This document shows, piece by piece, positions 1 through 8,575 of a stretch of DNA of 64,000 nucleotides (position 1 is its first letter; every line of letters begins with the position of its first letter). The stretch is from the sequence record KY555144.1; one strand, 5' to 3'. The notes under the pieces were generated by a model. It was not told the DNA's origin, did not search any database, and worked only from the letters and a program-made list of their open reading frames with translations. The position numbers and the translations under genes are program-made.

Positions 1-164
1 CAGCCATCCTGGATGGACTTGCCCTCCAGGAGGGCCGCCCAGTTCATGCAGATGTCGCCCCACTTCTTGGCGGCCAGGACGTCCCAGGCGGTGCGCTGCT
101 TGGCGTCGCGCTCGTAATAGACCCTGGCGGCGTCGCGCAGGTGATCGGAGAAGGTCTGGATCAT
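1..164 (-). CDS. hypothetical protein, partial (runs off window)
   Basis: ATG at 164 overlaps the stop of 164..457; MIQTFSDHLRDAARVYYERD... stays open to the edge. Confidence 0.65.
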   Translation of the reverse strand, partial: MIQTFSDHLRDAARVYYERDAKQRTAWDVLAAKKWGDICMNWAALLEGKSIQDG

Positions 165-457
165 CAGTCGACCTTCGGTTCGCGCTTGAAGCGGCCGTTC
201 TCGTCGTAGCGGTCCGGGTTGGCGCCGGGGGCGTGGAAGCCCGCCATCGAGCCGATCTCCATGGCCGCGCGCTGCGCCGGCGTGACGCCCATGCGCTGGT
301 TCATGGCGGTGACGGCGGCCTCGCCCTGGACCCCGTAGTCGGTCGCGTAGTAGCCGGTCTCATCCTTCTTCAGGATGACCGTCTCGCCCGTCTCGATGTT
401 GATCGAGTAGCAGAGGTCGGGCAGGGCCGCGAGATTGATCTGGCGTTGGGTCAGCAT
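164..457 (-). CDS. conserved hypothetical phage protein
   Basis: AAGGAGG RBS and promoter cassette directly upstream; GVTxAQxxAMxxGSMxG motif. Confidence 0.85.
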   Translation of the reverse strand: MLTQRQINLAALPDLCYSINIETGETVILKKDETGYYATDYGVQGEAAVTAMNQRMGVTPAQRAAMEIGSMAGFHAPGANPDRYDENGRFKREPKVD

Positions 458-460
458 GGA

Positions 461-518
461 GGCCTCCTTGTTGTCGTCGAGGATGGCTTCTAGCCGGCCC
501 AGGTCAGGTTGTCAACAC
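461..518 (-). promoter_or_regulatory. sigma70-type promoter with CTCGACGACAAC leader and RBS
   Basis: minus strand GTGTTGACA-N15-GCTAGAAG..CCTCGACGACAACAAGGAGG-ATG. Confidence 0.8.
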
Positions 519-832
519 TCGACAGCCAAGTAGACGTTGCGGCGCGGCTCATAGGGGAGATCGTTGGCGATCGCCATCAGCCAGCCGGCGTGGCAGCGCT
601 TGGGAGCGCAGTGACAGACGAGATGAAAGCCCCTGTAGTTGGCCTTGACCCAGGCGACGAACGCCTCATCCTTGGACCTCAGGGCGATGTACTTGTCGAT
701 CACCGTGTCGCGATCGCCATCCTGACCGATGCGGAACTCATTGCCCGCCGGGGTCCCCCGGCCGACGTACTTGGACATCGGCGGGAGATGGCCTGGGAAC
801 TCGCTTCGGCTGAGAACGCGCAGTTCGATCAT
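512..832 (-). CDS. DUF4326 family protein
   Basis: YVGRGTPAGNEF...LVCHCAPKRCH motif typical of DUF4326. Confidence 0.8.
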   Translation of the reverse strand: MIELRVLSRSEFPGHLPPMSKYVGRGTPAGNEFRIGQDGDRDTVIDKYIALRSKDEAFVAWVKANYRGFHLVCHCAPKRCHAGWLMAIANDLPYEPRRNVYLAVEC

Positions 833-1473
833 GCCGCCCGGCTCTCCACGTAGTCGGCGAGGATCGCCAGGGTGTCCTCGGCCGAGGTATGGAGGATCGA
901 GAAGCCCCCAGCCCGATTCCAGGCCACGCAGTTGGCGACGCGGTCGTCGATCAGGATTTGGTGGTCGGAGTGCTTGCGGTGCATGAACTCCTGCTTCTTG
1001 GCCGAGGTCGTGCAGATGAAGCGGTGGTCCTCGATCCGGATGCGATCGGGCACCATGCCGGCCACGGCCTCGTCCCCAGAGAACATCTCGGCGAACGCCT
1101 GGGGCAGAAGCGTCTCCTCGATCCAGCGCCGCTTGCCATAGGCCGCGCCCAGCCAGTAGGGATGGATCAGGAAGTCCTCGTCCGTCGCCCCGAACTTGGG
1201 CGAGGCGGTCAGGATGATTGGATCGGCCTCGAACACCGCCGTGTAGAGGTCCACCGCGCCCGGCATGAACGGCAGGGTCTCGAAGAAGTTCGTGCCCTCG
1301 ATCTTGCGATACATCCCCTGCTTCCAGAGGTTGGCTTCGTCGTCCATCGCGTGGCTCGACTTGTTGTACTCGGGATCAGGCTCGAACCCGAGCCGGCGGA
1401 TGCCCTCGTCGAAATCGGCCAGGACGCCGTCCATGTCGAGATAGATGGCGAAGTTCTTCAGGTTCATGGTCAC
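829..1473 (-). CDS. HAD-superfamily 5'(3')-deoxyribonucleotidase-like protein
   Basis: IYLDMDGVLADF motif I and LIDD motif IV. Confidence 0.85.
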   Translation of the reverse strand: MTMNLKNFAIYLDMDGVLADFDEGIRRLGFEPDPEYNKSSHAMDDEANLWKQGMYRKIEGTNFFETLPFMPGAVDLYTAVFEADPIILTASPKFGATDEDFLIHPYWLGAAYGKRRWIEETLLPQAFAEMFSGDEAVAGMVPDRIRIEDHRFICTTSAKKQEFMHRKHSDHQILIDDRVANCVAWNRAGGFSILHTSAEDTLAILADYVESRAA

Positions 1474-1670
1474 TCCGGGAATTGCGCGTGCAGCCCCATG
1501 GCGATGCGCGCCAGTTCGTAGGCGGTCTTGGTCTCCAACTCGCGGGTCGGCGTGCGCTCTATCTTGAGTTGGTCGCTCATCATGTGGATGGCGTGGATGA
1601 TGTCGCTCTTGCGCCTCTTCTCGTAGTAGCGGTGCGACGCGGTGGCGCGGATTTCGACGATCGCCATCAC
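1470..1670 (-). CDS. hypothetical protein
   Basis: 4-bp overlaps with both neighbours. Confidence 0.75.
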   Translation of the reverse strand: MMAIVEIRATASHRYYEKRRKSDIIHAIHMMSDQLKIERTPTRELETKTAYELARIAMGLHAQFPE

Positions 1671-2035
1671 AGGGCTCCCGCGCAGGCCAGGGCCATCGCC
1701 CAGCCGCGCTCGGTCGGCTCGAAGCGGGCGATCGGCCCCTTGACGTTCGGATCGTCGGAGAAATGCGGGTCGAGCCAGCCCTTGTTGGCGTGGATCACCT
1801 CGTCGAGCGAGCGCGCCTCGTAGACCAGGATTTTGCGGCCCTCGTAGTTGAGGGCGTCGGGGTACATGATCTCGACCACCGTGCAGCGGCCGACCTCCTG
1901 GCCCCGGATGAGCTTCCAGCGCGCCGGGTCGGGATCGCCCGGCGTCAGCGTCACGGGAGACTGCCCGCCGGAGAAAAGCCGCATCTTGCTGGGTTCGCGC
2001 GCCGAACGGCCGGTCGAGAACAATCGCATCCCCAC
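1667..2035 (-). CDS. hypothetical protein
   Basis: fits operon packing; LDPHF..GPIARFEPTERGW core. Confidence 0.8.
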   Translation of the reverse strand: MGMRLFSTGRSAREPSKMRLFSGGQSPVTLTPGDPDPARWKLIRGQEVGRCTVVEIMYPDALNYEGRKILVYEARSLDEVIHANKGWLDPHFSDDPNVKGPIARFEPTERGWAMALACAGAL

Positions 2036-2036
2036 C

Positions 2037-2423
2037 CTAGTCTCCCAGGCCCTGCATGGCGTTGTCGCGGCTGTCCTCGGCGTCGGGCCGGGACGCCAGG
2101 GCCGCCAGAAGGTCGACCGAGAGGTGGCGGTTGTAGATCGCCACGCCCTTATACTTGAAAAGCTCGCTGGCTTCGTGGATCAGAGCCCGCTCGACCGCCG
2201 CCCAGGCCGTCTGGACGATCTCGGTGTCGGTGGCGTAGTAGGAGAGCTTCCACTTGCGCCCCTTCCACATCTCCGGCTCGCCGGTGACGGTGTTAATCCC
2301 ATCCTTACAGACGATCTGGAGCCAGACCTCGGTGCGGCCGGTCTCAAGCCGGAACTCGAAACCAGGATAGCTCAGACGGTCGACGATGGTGCGGATCGAT
2401 TGGGCGCTGCGACGATTCGCCAT
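2037..2423 (-). CDS. conserved hypothetical phage protein
   Basis: WKGRKWKLS...EIVQTAWAA..HEASELFKYKG; operon packing. Confidence 0.8.
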   Translation of the reverse strand: MANRRSAQSIRTIVDRLSYPGFEFRLETGRTEVWLQIVCKDGINTVTGEPEMWKGRKWKLSYYATDTEIVQTAWAAVERALIHEASELFKYKGVAIYNRHLSVDLLAALASRPDAEDSRDNAMQGLGD

Positions 2424-2425
2424 GC

Positions 2426-2887
2426 TCAGGGCCTCGACTTGATCAGCTTCTTCTTGCGCCGGGCCGGGCGCGGCGCGAGCGGGAAGCCGTGATCCGCGTA
2501 CACGGGTTCGGGCGGCGGGGCAGGCAGGTCCGTCGGACGCTCCAGGCTAAAGGCGTCCGCGTCGAGGTCGTAGATCGACACCCGGTCGCTGTAGCCGTAG
2601 CGGTTGTCGTGGTAGGTGATCCCGACATCGCCCAGGCTGGAGACCATGATCACCCGACAGGCCTTGCCCTTGTAGCGGCCGTAGAGCTTCGGCATGAAGC
2701 CGGCCTCCTCGATCGCCAGGGTCTCGGTGGCGTTGCCGGCGTTCAGCGCCAGGAAGCCCCGCACGATGGCCGGCAGCTTGTAGTCGCAGATCGCGCGGCT
2801 GTTGCTGACTTCGTAGGGCATGCCGATCTTGCCCTCCATCAGGGCGCCCAGGACCTCGGCGTCGCTCAGGGTTTCAGTCTCGGCCAT
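2426..2887 (-). CDS. hypothetical protein
   Basis: start trimmed to ATG 2887 (MAETETLS), overlapping the upstream gene end. Confidence 0.75.
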   Translation of the reverse strand: MAETETLSDAEVLGALMEGKIGMPYEVSNSRAICDYKLPAIVRGFLALNAGNATETLAIEEAGFMPKLYGRYKGKACRVIMVSSLGDVGITYHDNRYGYSDRVSIYDLDADAFSLERPTDLPAPPPEPVYADHGFPLAPRPARRKKKLIKSRP

Positions 2888-3143
2888 AGGTGATCCTATA
2901 CGGGAGCCCGCCGACGCAGATTTTCCCGCGTCGGCCGTCGGCGGTGGTGAAGCGGAAGCCCTGGCGGCTCTTGGCGCCGGCGCAGGACCACCATGCGCGG
3001 TGAAAGCTGACGACCTCGGCGCCGGTGTCACGCTCGACCAGATGTCGAGCGTGACGCCCCTCCCAGGTGTAGGCCCAGACCCCGATGGCGAAGAAGACCA
3101 GAGTCAGGGAGCCATAGACGGCCCCTTTGACATAGTCCTCCAT
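2874..3143 (-). CDS. small membrane protein
   Basis: N-terminal hydrophobic helix GAVYGSLTLVFFAIGVWAY. Confidence 0.75.
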   Translation of the reverse strand: MEDYVKGAVYGSLTLVFFAIGVWAYTWEGRHARHLVERDTGAEVVSFHRAWWSCAGAKSRQGFRFTTADGRRGKICVGGLPYRITYGRD

Positions 3144-3520
3144 CAGGCCGCCACGAGCCCGGTGATCACGTCGGTGACGATGCGACGCTTCTCGGCCGGC
3201 ATGCCCGCCAGCGCCAGGATCGTCTTGGCGCCGATCTCGGCGACGGCGGTCTCGACGTCGGCCCGGCCGTCGGTCAGGAACGCCGGATCGTCGACCGGAG
3301 GATAGAAGTGCCCGATGTCCTTCTTCAGGAACTGGGCCGCCTCATAGAGCTTCGAGGACGAGATGCGGTTGTGCCCGCGCTCGTACTTCTGGACCTGCTG
3401 GAAGGTCACGCCGATCGCCTCGGCGAGTTGGCCTTGCGAGAAGCCGGCCGTCTTGCGGGTGTCGCGCAGCTTGCGTCCCACATAGACGTCGACGGGGTGC
3501 GGGGTCTTGTCGTCAGCCAT
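3143..3520 (-). CDS. tgrL: XRE-family HTH transcription factor (Caulobacter Rtr/Cdx-type; likely TgrL homolog)
   Basis: PHPVDVYVGRKLR...SQGQLAEAIGVTFQQVQKYERGHNRIS is the alphaproteobacterial XRE signature; start trimmed to ATG 3520; symbol rests on recalled phiCbK literature and was not aligned. Confidence 0.85.
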   Translation of the reverse strand: MADDKTPHPVDVYVGRKLRDTRKTAGFSQGQLAEAIGVTFQQVQKYERGHNRISSSKLYEAAQFLKKDIGHFYPPVDDPAFLTDGRADVETAVAEIGAKTILALAGMPAEKRRIVTDVITGLVAA

Positions 3521-4499
3521 GAGCGGCTTCCTCCTTCTGCTTCTTGGACCGCAGGTCGCGGCGGTGCTTAAAGGCCGCACGCAGGGCCTGGGTGGTGTCG
3601 TCGTGCATGCCCAGGTCCGCCCCATCGGGCGCGACCACGCTGTTTCGGAGACCGAACCGATAGCCCTCGGCCGTCAGTTCATAGACCGCCTGCTCCTCGT
3701 GCATCTGGGCGAGGTGGCGATAATATTCGGCCAGCGCCAGTTCGTAGTCGCCCAGGAAGAGGCGCGCGTTGCGCTCGACGCCGGCGACCTCGGCGCGGAA
3801 GGTCAGCAGGAACCGCCCAGGCCCGACATGCGTCAGCTTGTAGCCGTGTTCGGCCAGCACCTCGTCGACGGTCTTGGTGACCGTGTAGATGTGGAAGGTG
3901 TAGACGGCTTCGATGTGGGTGTCGTCGTAGAGATACTCGGACCGGTTTTGATGCTCGCCGATGTAGGGACCCCACTTGTGGTAGCGCCAGCCGCCGGACG
4001 CGGGCTGGTGCTCACGCCGGACTTCCACCATCGAGATGAAATAGGGCGTGTCCGGATCGTCGATCAGGTCGGGGATGCAGGCGAGAAGCTGCTCGGGGCT
4101 GTCGCAGACGCCGTAGCTTTCGACCAGATAGGGGATGCGCCTATAGCCCTCGGGGACCGGCGGAACCTCGTCCAGGTACTCGGTGTCGAGCACCTCGATC
4201 TTGTACTTGTCGTGGAGCAGGTTGATCCGCGCCCAGCGGCGGTCGCCGTCGGCCTTGATCCAGGCCCGGACCGCAGCGCTGCGCTCCTCCTCGGTCTGGC
4301 CGCGTTCGTGGGGCGGACCCCACTTGCTGTCGCGGTCCTCGATCTTTTCGACGATCTCGTACTCGGGATTCCAGGAGCCCATCGAGTAGACGCCCTGGTG
4401 GAGGCGAATGGGCTTGCGGGCGCGGTTGTTCATTTCCGCGATCATCTTGGCGATCGGGTCGACTTCCGAAGCCGGGCGTAGGGTGATGTCGTAGAGCAT
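3513..4499 (-). CDS. conserved hypothetical phage protein
   Basis: start trimmed to ATG 4499; GGWRYHKWGPYIG motif. Confidence 0.8.
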   Translation of the reverse strand: MLYDITLRPASEVDPIAKMIAEMNNRARKPIRLHQGVYSMGSWNPEYEIVEKIEDRDSKWGPPHERGQTEEERSAAVRAWIKADGDRRWARINLLHDKYKIEVLDTEYLDEVPPVPEGYRRIPYLVESYGVCDSPEQLLACIPDLIDDPDTPYFISMVEVRREHQPASGGWRYHKWGPYIGEHQNRSEYLYDDTHIEAVYTFHIYTVTKTVDEVLAEHGYKLTHVGPGRFLLTFRAEVAGVERNARLFLGDYELALAEYYRHLAQMHEEQAVYELTAEGYRFGLRNSVVAPDGADLGMHDDTTQALRAAFKHRRDLRSKKQKEEAAHG

Positions 4500-4780
4500 C
4501 AGGCGACGCCCTGGGCGATTTCGTAGGTGATCTTCGAGACGCCAATATCGACCACGAACCGGTCGGGCGAGCCGTCGAACACGTAGTTGGCCTGACACCC
4601 GATCGGCATCATCTTGCCGTTGTCCATCCAGATCGCGTCCGGCGTGGCCTCGACCACGCCGCGCACCTGCGCCTGGGCCGGGGAAGGTTGCATCTCCACG
4701 CCGCCCACGGTGATCGCCACGGCCGCGAGACGCGCGCCCGGCTGGTTCAACTTGGCGATCAGGTCCTGGATCGAGTTCAC
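4499..4780 (-). CDS. hypothetical protein
   Basis: GTG 4780 after AAGGAGG and a promoter. Confidence 0.75.
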   Translation of the reverse strand: MNSIQDLIAKLNQPGARLAAVAITVGGVEMQPSPAQAQVRGVVEATPDAIWMDNGKMMPIGCQANYVFDGSPDRFVVDIGVSKITYEIAQGVA

Positions 4781-4782
4781 GC

Positions 4783-4843
4783 GGCCTCCTTCTGTCGTTG
4801 TGTCGACATAAGCTCTAGCCGTGGTTTTCCGGCCTGTCAACAC
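4783..4843 (-). promoter_or_regulatory. sigma70-type promoter with variant leader
   Basis: minus strand GTGTTGACA-N15-GCTAGAG..GTCGACACAACGACAGAAGGAGG. Confidence 0.75.
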
Positions 4844-4859
4844 ACAACCGCCAAGGGTC

Positions 4860-4891
4860 AAAAGAAAACCGCCGCCCCGAAGGACGGCGGT
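4860..4891 (-). terminator. Rho-independent terminator
   Basis: minus strand ACCGCCGTCC-TTCGG-GGCGGCGGT followed by TTTCTTT, downstream of 4918..7041. Confidence 0.75.
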
Positions 4892-4917
4892 CATGACAGA
4901 GCATGTCAGGAGGGACG

Positions 4918-7041
4918 TCAGACGTCCAGAGCGAAGGCCGGCGGGGAGACGTCCGGCTTCTGAATGATGAATCCCCGATCCAAGAGGGGTGGGAAGACCT
5001 GCTTGAGCACGCCAGCCGCGACTCCAGCTTCCCCAGCGATTTCGGCGAACGTGAAGGCCTCGCGCTGGCCGGCGCTGGCGACGAACAGATCGTTGAGCGC
5101 CAGGATGACTGCGCCCGCCGGGCTGATCTCGTAAGCCATGTCGAAATTCGGGTCTTCCGACAGCCGTAGCAGGCCCTCGGCCTCCAGGTTCGCAATGAGC
5201 GCCTTGAGTTGGTCGACCTTGACCGCGCCGAGATGGGTTTGGATTTCCCAGGGCGCCGCCGGCTCCTCGGCGCGGACGGCTTGCAGCGTCGCGATCAAGG
5301 CGATCGCCGGCATAGCCCGCACGATCATTTCGTCGCCGTCCGTCAGGTCCGGGGCGTTGACCAGCAGATCGTTGATCACCGCGTCACCGTGGGTCTCGAC
5401 ATAGGTCCGCAGCCGCTTGAGGGCGACCAGGAAGTCGTCCTTGGTGATCGGCTCGATGCGGAAGGTCAGGAGCGGGTCGGTCGGAATCTCCGAGAAGTAG
5501 GCCCGACCCCGGTGGCTCCAGCCCTCGACCACATGCAGGAAGAGATCGATCGGCATGGCGACGGCGCCAAAGCCCAGTCGCGCATCGTCCGTCGCCTCCT
5601 CGACCTGCGCCAGGGCGTTATCGATCGCTTCGAGCGTGAAGCCCCCGACAAGGCCGTTTTCCGCCGCGTCCAGCACGTTGGCCGCTTCTTCGGTGCCGAG
5701 CCCCTCGACGACCATTTCCGAGGCCTCCTGAGCCGTTTCCTGCGGCAGGGCGTCGGCGAGCTTGCTCATCGCCTCGGCGACGCCGCTCGTGTCGAGTTCC
5801 AGCTTCAGGGCCAGCTTCTCAGGACGCGCCGAGTAGGGCACGCCCTGGATCACCACGGCGCCCAGGTCGCCGACGACGCGCTTGGTCACTTCCAGATAGG
5901 CGTAGCGCGAGGCGGCGTTGAGCAGCGACAGCCGCTCGAAGACGATCTGCTGCTCCTGCTCGCGCGACATGATGCCCGTCTCCAGAATGAACAGCGGCTC
6001 GGAGCCGTCCAGCGGCGGCTTGGCCTCGCCGTCGTCTTCCGGATGATCCTCGTCGAACTCGGCGCCGCTGATCGGCTCGCTCTCCGGCGGGGTGAAGCGG
6101 ATGCCCGGCTCGCGGGGCGGTTCGGCGGGAGTGGCGTCGTCAAGGGGCATGTCGGTCCTTTGAGGCTTGGAGGTGATGAAGAGCGTGGTGAGATCGACGT
6201 CCCAGACCCCAGACCCATCGGTGAAGAGCGCCATGAAGGTCCCCAGGCGCGCGTCCCAGCGGACGGTCTGGATCACGCCGTTGATCTCGCCATAGACGGC
6301 GGTCGCCCCGGCGAGCATGGCGTTCAGGGTCTCCACATGGGCGTAGCACTCGCCGAGCGTCGCGGGGCGCACGGCGTGGAACGGGTATTGCTGATAGGCG
6401 CCCGGCGGCGAGACGAGGCGGACATTGACGTAGAGCGGCCCCAGATGGGTGTGGGCGTCGCGCAGGAAGCCGACCACGGTCTCCCCGTCGTTCTGGGTCG
6501 CCACCACAGGCATGCCGGCGCAGTTGGCGGTCAGGACCGCCGGATAGTCCTGGGGATAGGCCACGGCGTAAAGGTGGAGATGATCACCCCGGCGCTGGGC
6601 CTTCCAGTCGGCGACACACCAAGCCGCCACGCGCGTGGCCCCGAACTCCGGCGTCTCCTCGATCAAGACGCCGCCGTCCGGAAGGTCCGCTTGCCCAATA
6701 TAAGGAACGACCTCGCTATGGCTGACGCTCCAGGCGGGCTTGGGAAATTGCGGGGTGATCATGAGCTTCTCGGTGAAGGTGAGATTGATGGCGTCGGCGT
6801 AGTGGACATACGGGCCGACCGGGGTGGTCCATGGCGGATCACCCTTGCGGATGTCCGACAGCGGCACCGCGACGTGCCTGCCGTTGGGCTGGACGATGTC
6901 GGCCAGGATGCGCGGCGGCTGGTGCATCAGGGTCACGACGTGCCCCTCGCCCGCCTCGAAGGTGCGACTCTTGGGCCACCAGACCTTGGACCCGGTCCAG
7001 TGGATCGACTGGATGACAAGGTCCTGTTCGGTCCCGATCAT
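4918..7041 (-). CDS. 707-aa hypothetical protein with C-terminal winged-helix-like segments
   Basis: long ORF; LKALIANLEAEGLL..YEISPAG and FTFAEIAGEAG...LLDRGFI resemble wHTH. Confidence 0.8.
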   Translation of the reverse strand: MIGTEQDLVIQSIHWTGSKVWWPKSRTFEAGEGHVVTLMHQPPRILADIVQPNGRHVAVPLSDIRKGDPPWTTPVGPYVHYADAINLTFTEKLMITPQFPKPAWSVSHSEVVPYIGQADLPDGGVLIEETPEFGATRVAAWCVADWKAQRRGDHLHLYAVAYPQDYPAVLTANCAGMPVVATQNDGETVVGFLRDAHTHLGPLYVNVRLVSPPGAYQQYPFHAVRPATLGECYAHVETLNAMLAGATAVYGEINGVIQTVRWDARLGTFMALFTDGSGVWDVDLTTLFITSKPQRTDMPLDDATPAEPPREPGIRFTPPESEPISGAEFDEDHPEDDGEAKPPLDGSEPLFILETGIMSREQEQQIVFERLSLLNAASRYAYLEVTKRVVGDLGAVVIQGVPYSARPEKLALKLELDTSGVAEAMSKLADALPQETAQEASEMVVEGLGTEEAANVLDAAENGLVGGFTLEAIDNALAQVEEATDDARLGFGAVAMPIDLFLHVVEGWSHRGRAYFSEIPTDPLLTFRIEPITKDDFLVALKRLRTYVETHGDAVINDLLVNAPDLTDGDEMIVRAMPAIALIATLQAVRAEEPAAPWEIQTHLGAVKVDQLKALIANLEAEGLLRLSEDPNFDMAYEISPAGAVILALNDLFVASAGQREAFTFAEIAGEAGVAAGVLKQVFPPLLDRGFIIQKPDVSPPAFALDV

Positions 7042-7463
7042 GCGGACGCCGCCGCGCCAGCCGGCGTCAAACCGTAGATGGTGGGGCCTCGCGGCGACTT
7101 GCCGATCGCGACCACTTCCAGATAGCCCATATTGTTCAAAGCCTTTGCCGTTTCATGATCGGGATGGTCGGTGTAGACGTTGAGCCGCCCGCCCTCGCCC
7201 ATCGCCTGGGCGGCGCGCAGAAGGCTCGCCTCGGCTTCGGTCAAGGTGACCAAGGCGACGTCCTCCAGCGCCACGTCGATCACGCAGGTCTGACCCTGGT
7301 GAACGAACTCGATAATCGCCAGCCGGCGATAGGTCCCCGGCAGGACCGCGAGGCAGACGCCTCGGACCTCGACCTTCTGGCGGGCGGTGATCGGGAGATA
7401 GAGGCTCGTCTTGACGGCCTTGCCCTTGAGGGACAGATGCTCGTGCGTCGCCAGCGGGATCAT
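7038..7463 (-). CDS. hypothetical protein, C-terminal wHTH-like
   Basis: TAKALNNMGYL...IYGLTPAG; 4-bp overlaps. Confidence 0.75.
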   Translation of the reverse strand: MIPLATHEHLSLKGKAVKTSLYLPITARQKVEVRGVCLAVLPGTYRRLAIIEFVHQGQTCVIDVALEDVALVTLTEAEASLLRAAQAMGEGGRLNVYTDHPDHETAKALNNMGYLEVVAIGKSPRGPTIYGLTPAGAAASA

Positions 7464-7705
7464 GGCTCGACCTTCCGGACAGTGTAGGATAATTCGTCGT
7501 GGACGCGACCGTCGAAACTAGCCTCGTAGCCGGGGCCGAGTTCGGCCAGGATGCGCGCCTCGATCTCGGCGAAGTCGATTTTCGCCATCGCCTGTTCGGC
7601 CGCCCGCATCTGCTGGAGGAAGCCGTCCTTGATCTGGCGCCCCGCCTCGGTGCGGATCGGGATGTTCTGGATCGGCGGCTCGGATTTCGACAGACGCTCG
7701 CCCAT
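7460..7705 (-). CDS. hypothetical protein
   Basis: overlap-coupled to gcrA. Confidence 0.7.
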   Translation of the reverse strand: MGERLSKSEPPIQNIPIRTEAGRQIKDGFLQQMRAAEQAMAKIDFAEIEARILAELGPGYEASFDGRVHDELSYTVRKVEP

Positions 7706-8253
7706 CAGGCCCTCCGGCGATAGACCCGCACCGGGCGGGTGGGGAGGCGTTTCTCAGGCGGCTTGTAGGCGACCAGGGCATGGCTGATGCAGTAGACGCC
7801 CGCCTCGGCGCGGCATCCGCAATGGCCAAAGTCCGGCGAGTTCGGGTCGCCATAGGGCCAGCGGCACATTCCGCGCTTGAGTTCGGCCGTCGCGAACAGC
7901 CGCGCCGGGCGCGGCGGGATGACCGCCGTCCCTTCAGGGACCAGGGCGAGCTTAGGCTTGGCCGGCGGAGCGGGCTTTTCGACCTTCTTGGGCTTACGCG
8001 CCGTGGCCTTCTTGACCTTGCGGACCTGGATGCCCAGGCCGCGCGTCTTCTTGCGGCGGGCGGTCGGAGGCGGAACCTTCTCGCCCAGTTCGCCGGCGGC
8101 CTTCAGTCGGTCGGCCTTGCCGCAGACGGCGCTCTTGGTGCGCGGCACGCTCAGGCGCTGACCGATCTCCTTGGTCCCGACCGGCTCCGCCCAGAGCTTC
8201 TTGAGCAGGGCGATGTCCTCGTCCGGCCAGTCGGAATTCCGCTTCTTCACCAC
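7705..8253 (-). CDS. gcrA: GcrA cell-cycle regulator homolog
   Basis: N-terminal WPDEDIALLKKLW..EIGQRL..TKSAVCGKADRL and C-terminal CRWPYGDP..FGHCG...YCISHALVAY. Confidence 0.92.
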   Translation of the reverse strand: MVKKRNSDWPDEDIALLKKLWAEPVGTKEIGQRLSVPRTKSAVCGKADRLKAAGELGEKVPPPTARRKKTRGLGIQVRKVKKATARKPKKVEKPAPPAKPKLALVPEGTAVIPPRPARLFATAELKRGMCRWPYGDPNSPDFGHCGCRAEAGVYCISHALVAYKPPEKRLPTRPVRVYRRRA

Positions 8254-8260
8254 GCTTGCA

Positions 8261-8440
8261 CTACTCCTTGATCTCGACGCTCTTGGGCGGATTGGGATGA
8301 GGAACGAAGACCAGGGCCACGTCCTGACCGCCGGTATAGCGCGTGCGCCGACTGTAGAGCCAGCCGCCTTCCACCGCCAACCGCTCGGTCACCTGACCAT
8401 CGGCTTCGTCGATCTTTTCCCACTTGGACTTCTTAGCCAT
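8261..8440 (-). CDS. 59-aa hypothetical protein (below ORF-track cutoff)
   Basis: GAGGGG RBS; MAKKSKWEKIDEADGQVTERLAVEGGWLYSRR...LVFVP. Confidence 0.7.
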   Translation of the reverse strand: MAKKSKWEKIDEADGQVTERLAVEGGWLYSRRTRYTGGQDVALVFVPHPNPPKSVEIKE

Positions 8441-8462
8441 CTTCCCCTCGAATTTGGCGGCA

Positions 8463-8490
8463 CCCTAGAGGAGCGTTCGAGTGTTGACAA
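8463..8490 (-). promoter_or_regulatory. leftward promoter of the gcrA arm
   Basis: minus strand TTGTCA-N14-CTCTAGGG, 22 bp upstream of the ATG at 8440. Confidence 0.6.
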
Positions 8491-8513
8491 GCACCAATGT
8501 CGCTGGCTTTCGA

Positions 8514-8570
8514 GTGTTGACAAGTCCGGTGCTCGTCTATAGGGGAGACCGGGACGACAACGAAAGGAGC
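8514..8570 (+). promoter_or_regulatory. rightward sigma70-type promoter with GACGACAAC leader
   Basis: GTGTTGACAAG..CTATAGG..GGACGACAACGAAAGGAG. Confidence 0.8.
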
Positions 8571-8575
8571 CTGCC

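Noticed and set aside
3143-3625. ORF-track extended N-termini (also 2426..3031, 3513..4598, 25087, 38101, 57647 and others)
   Set aside because: Extensions overlap upstream genes or promoters; shorter starts have an RBS or stop-start overlap
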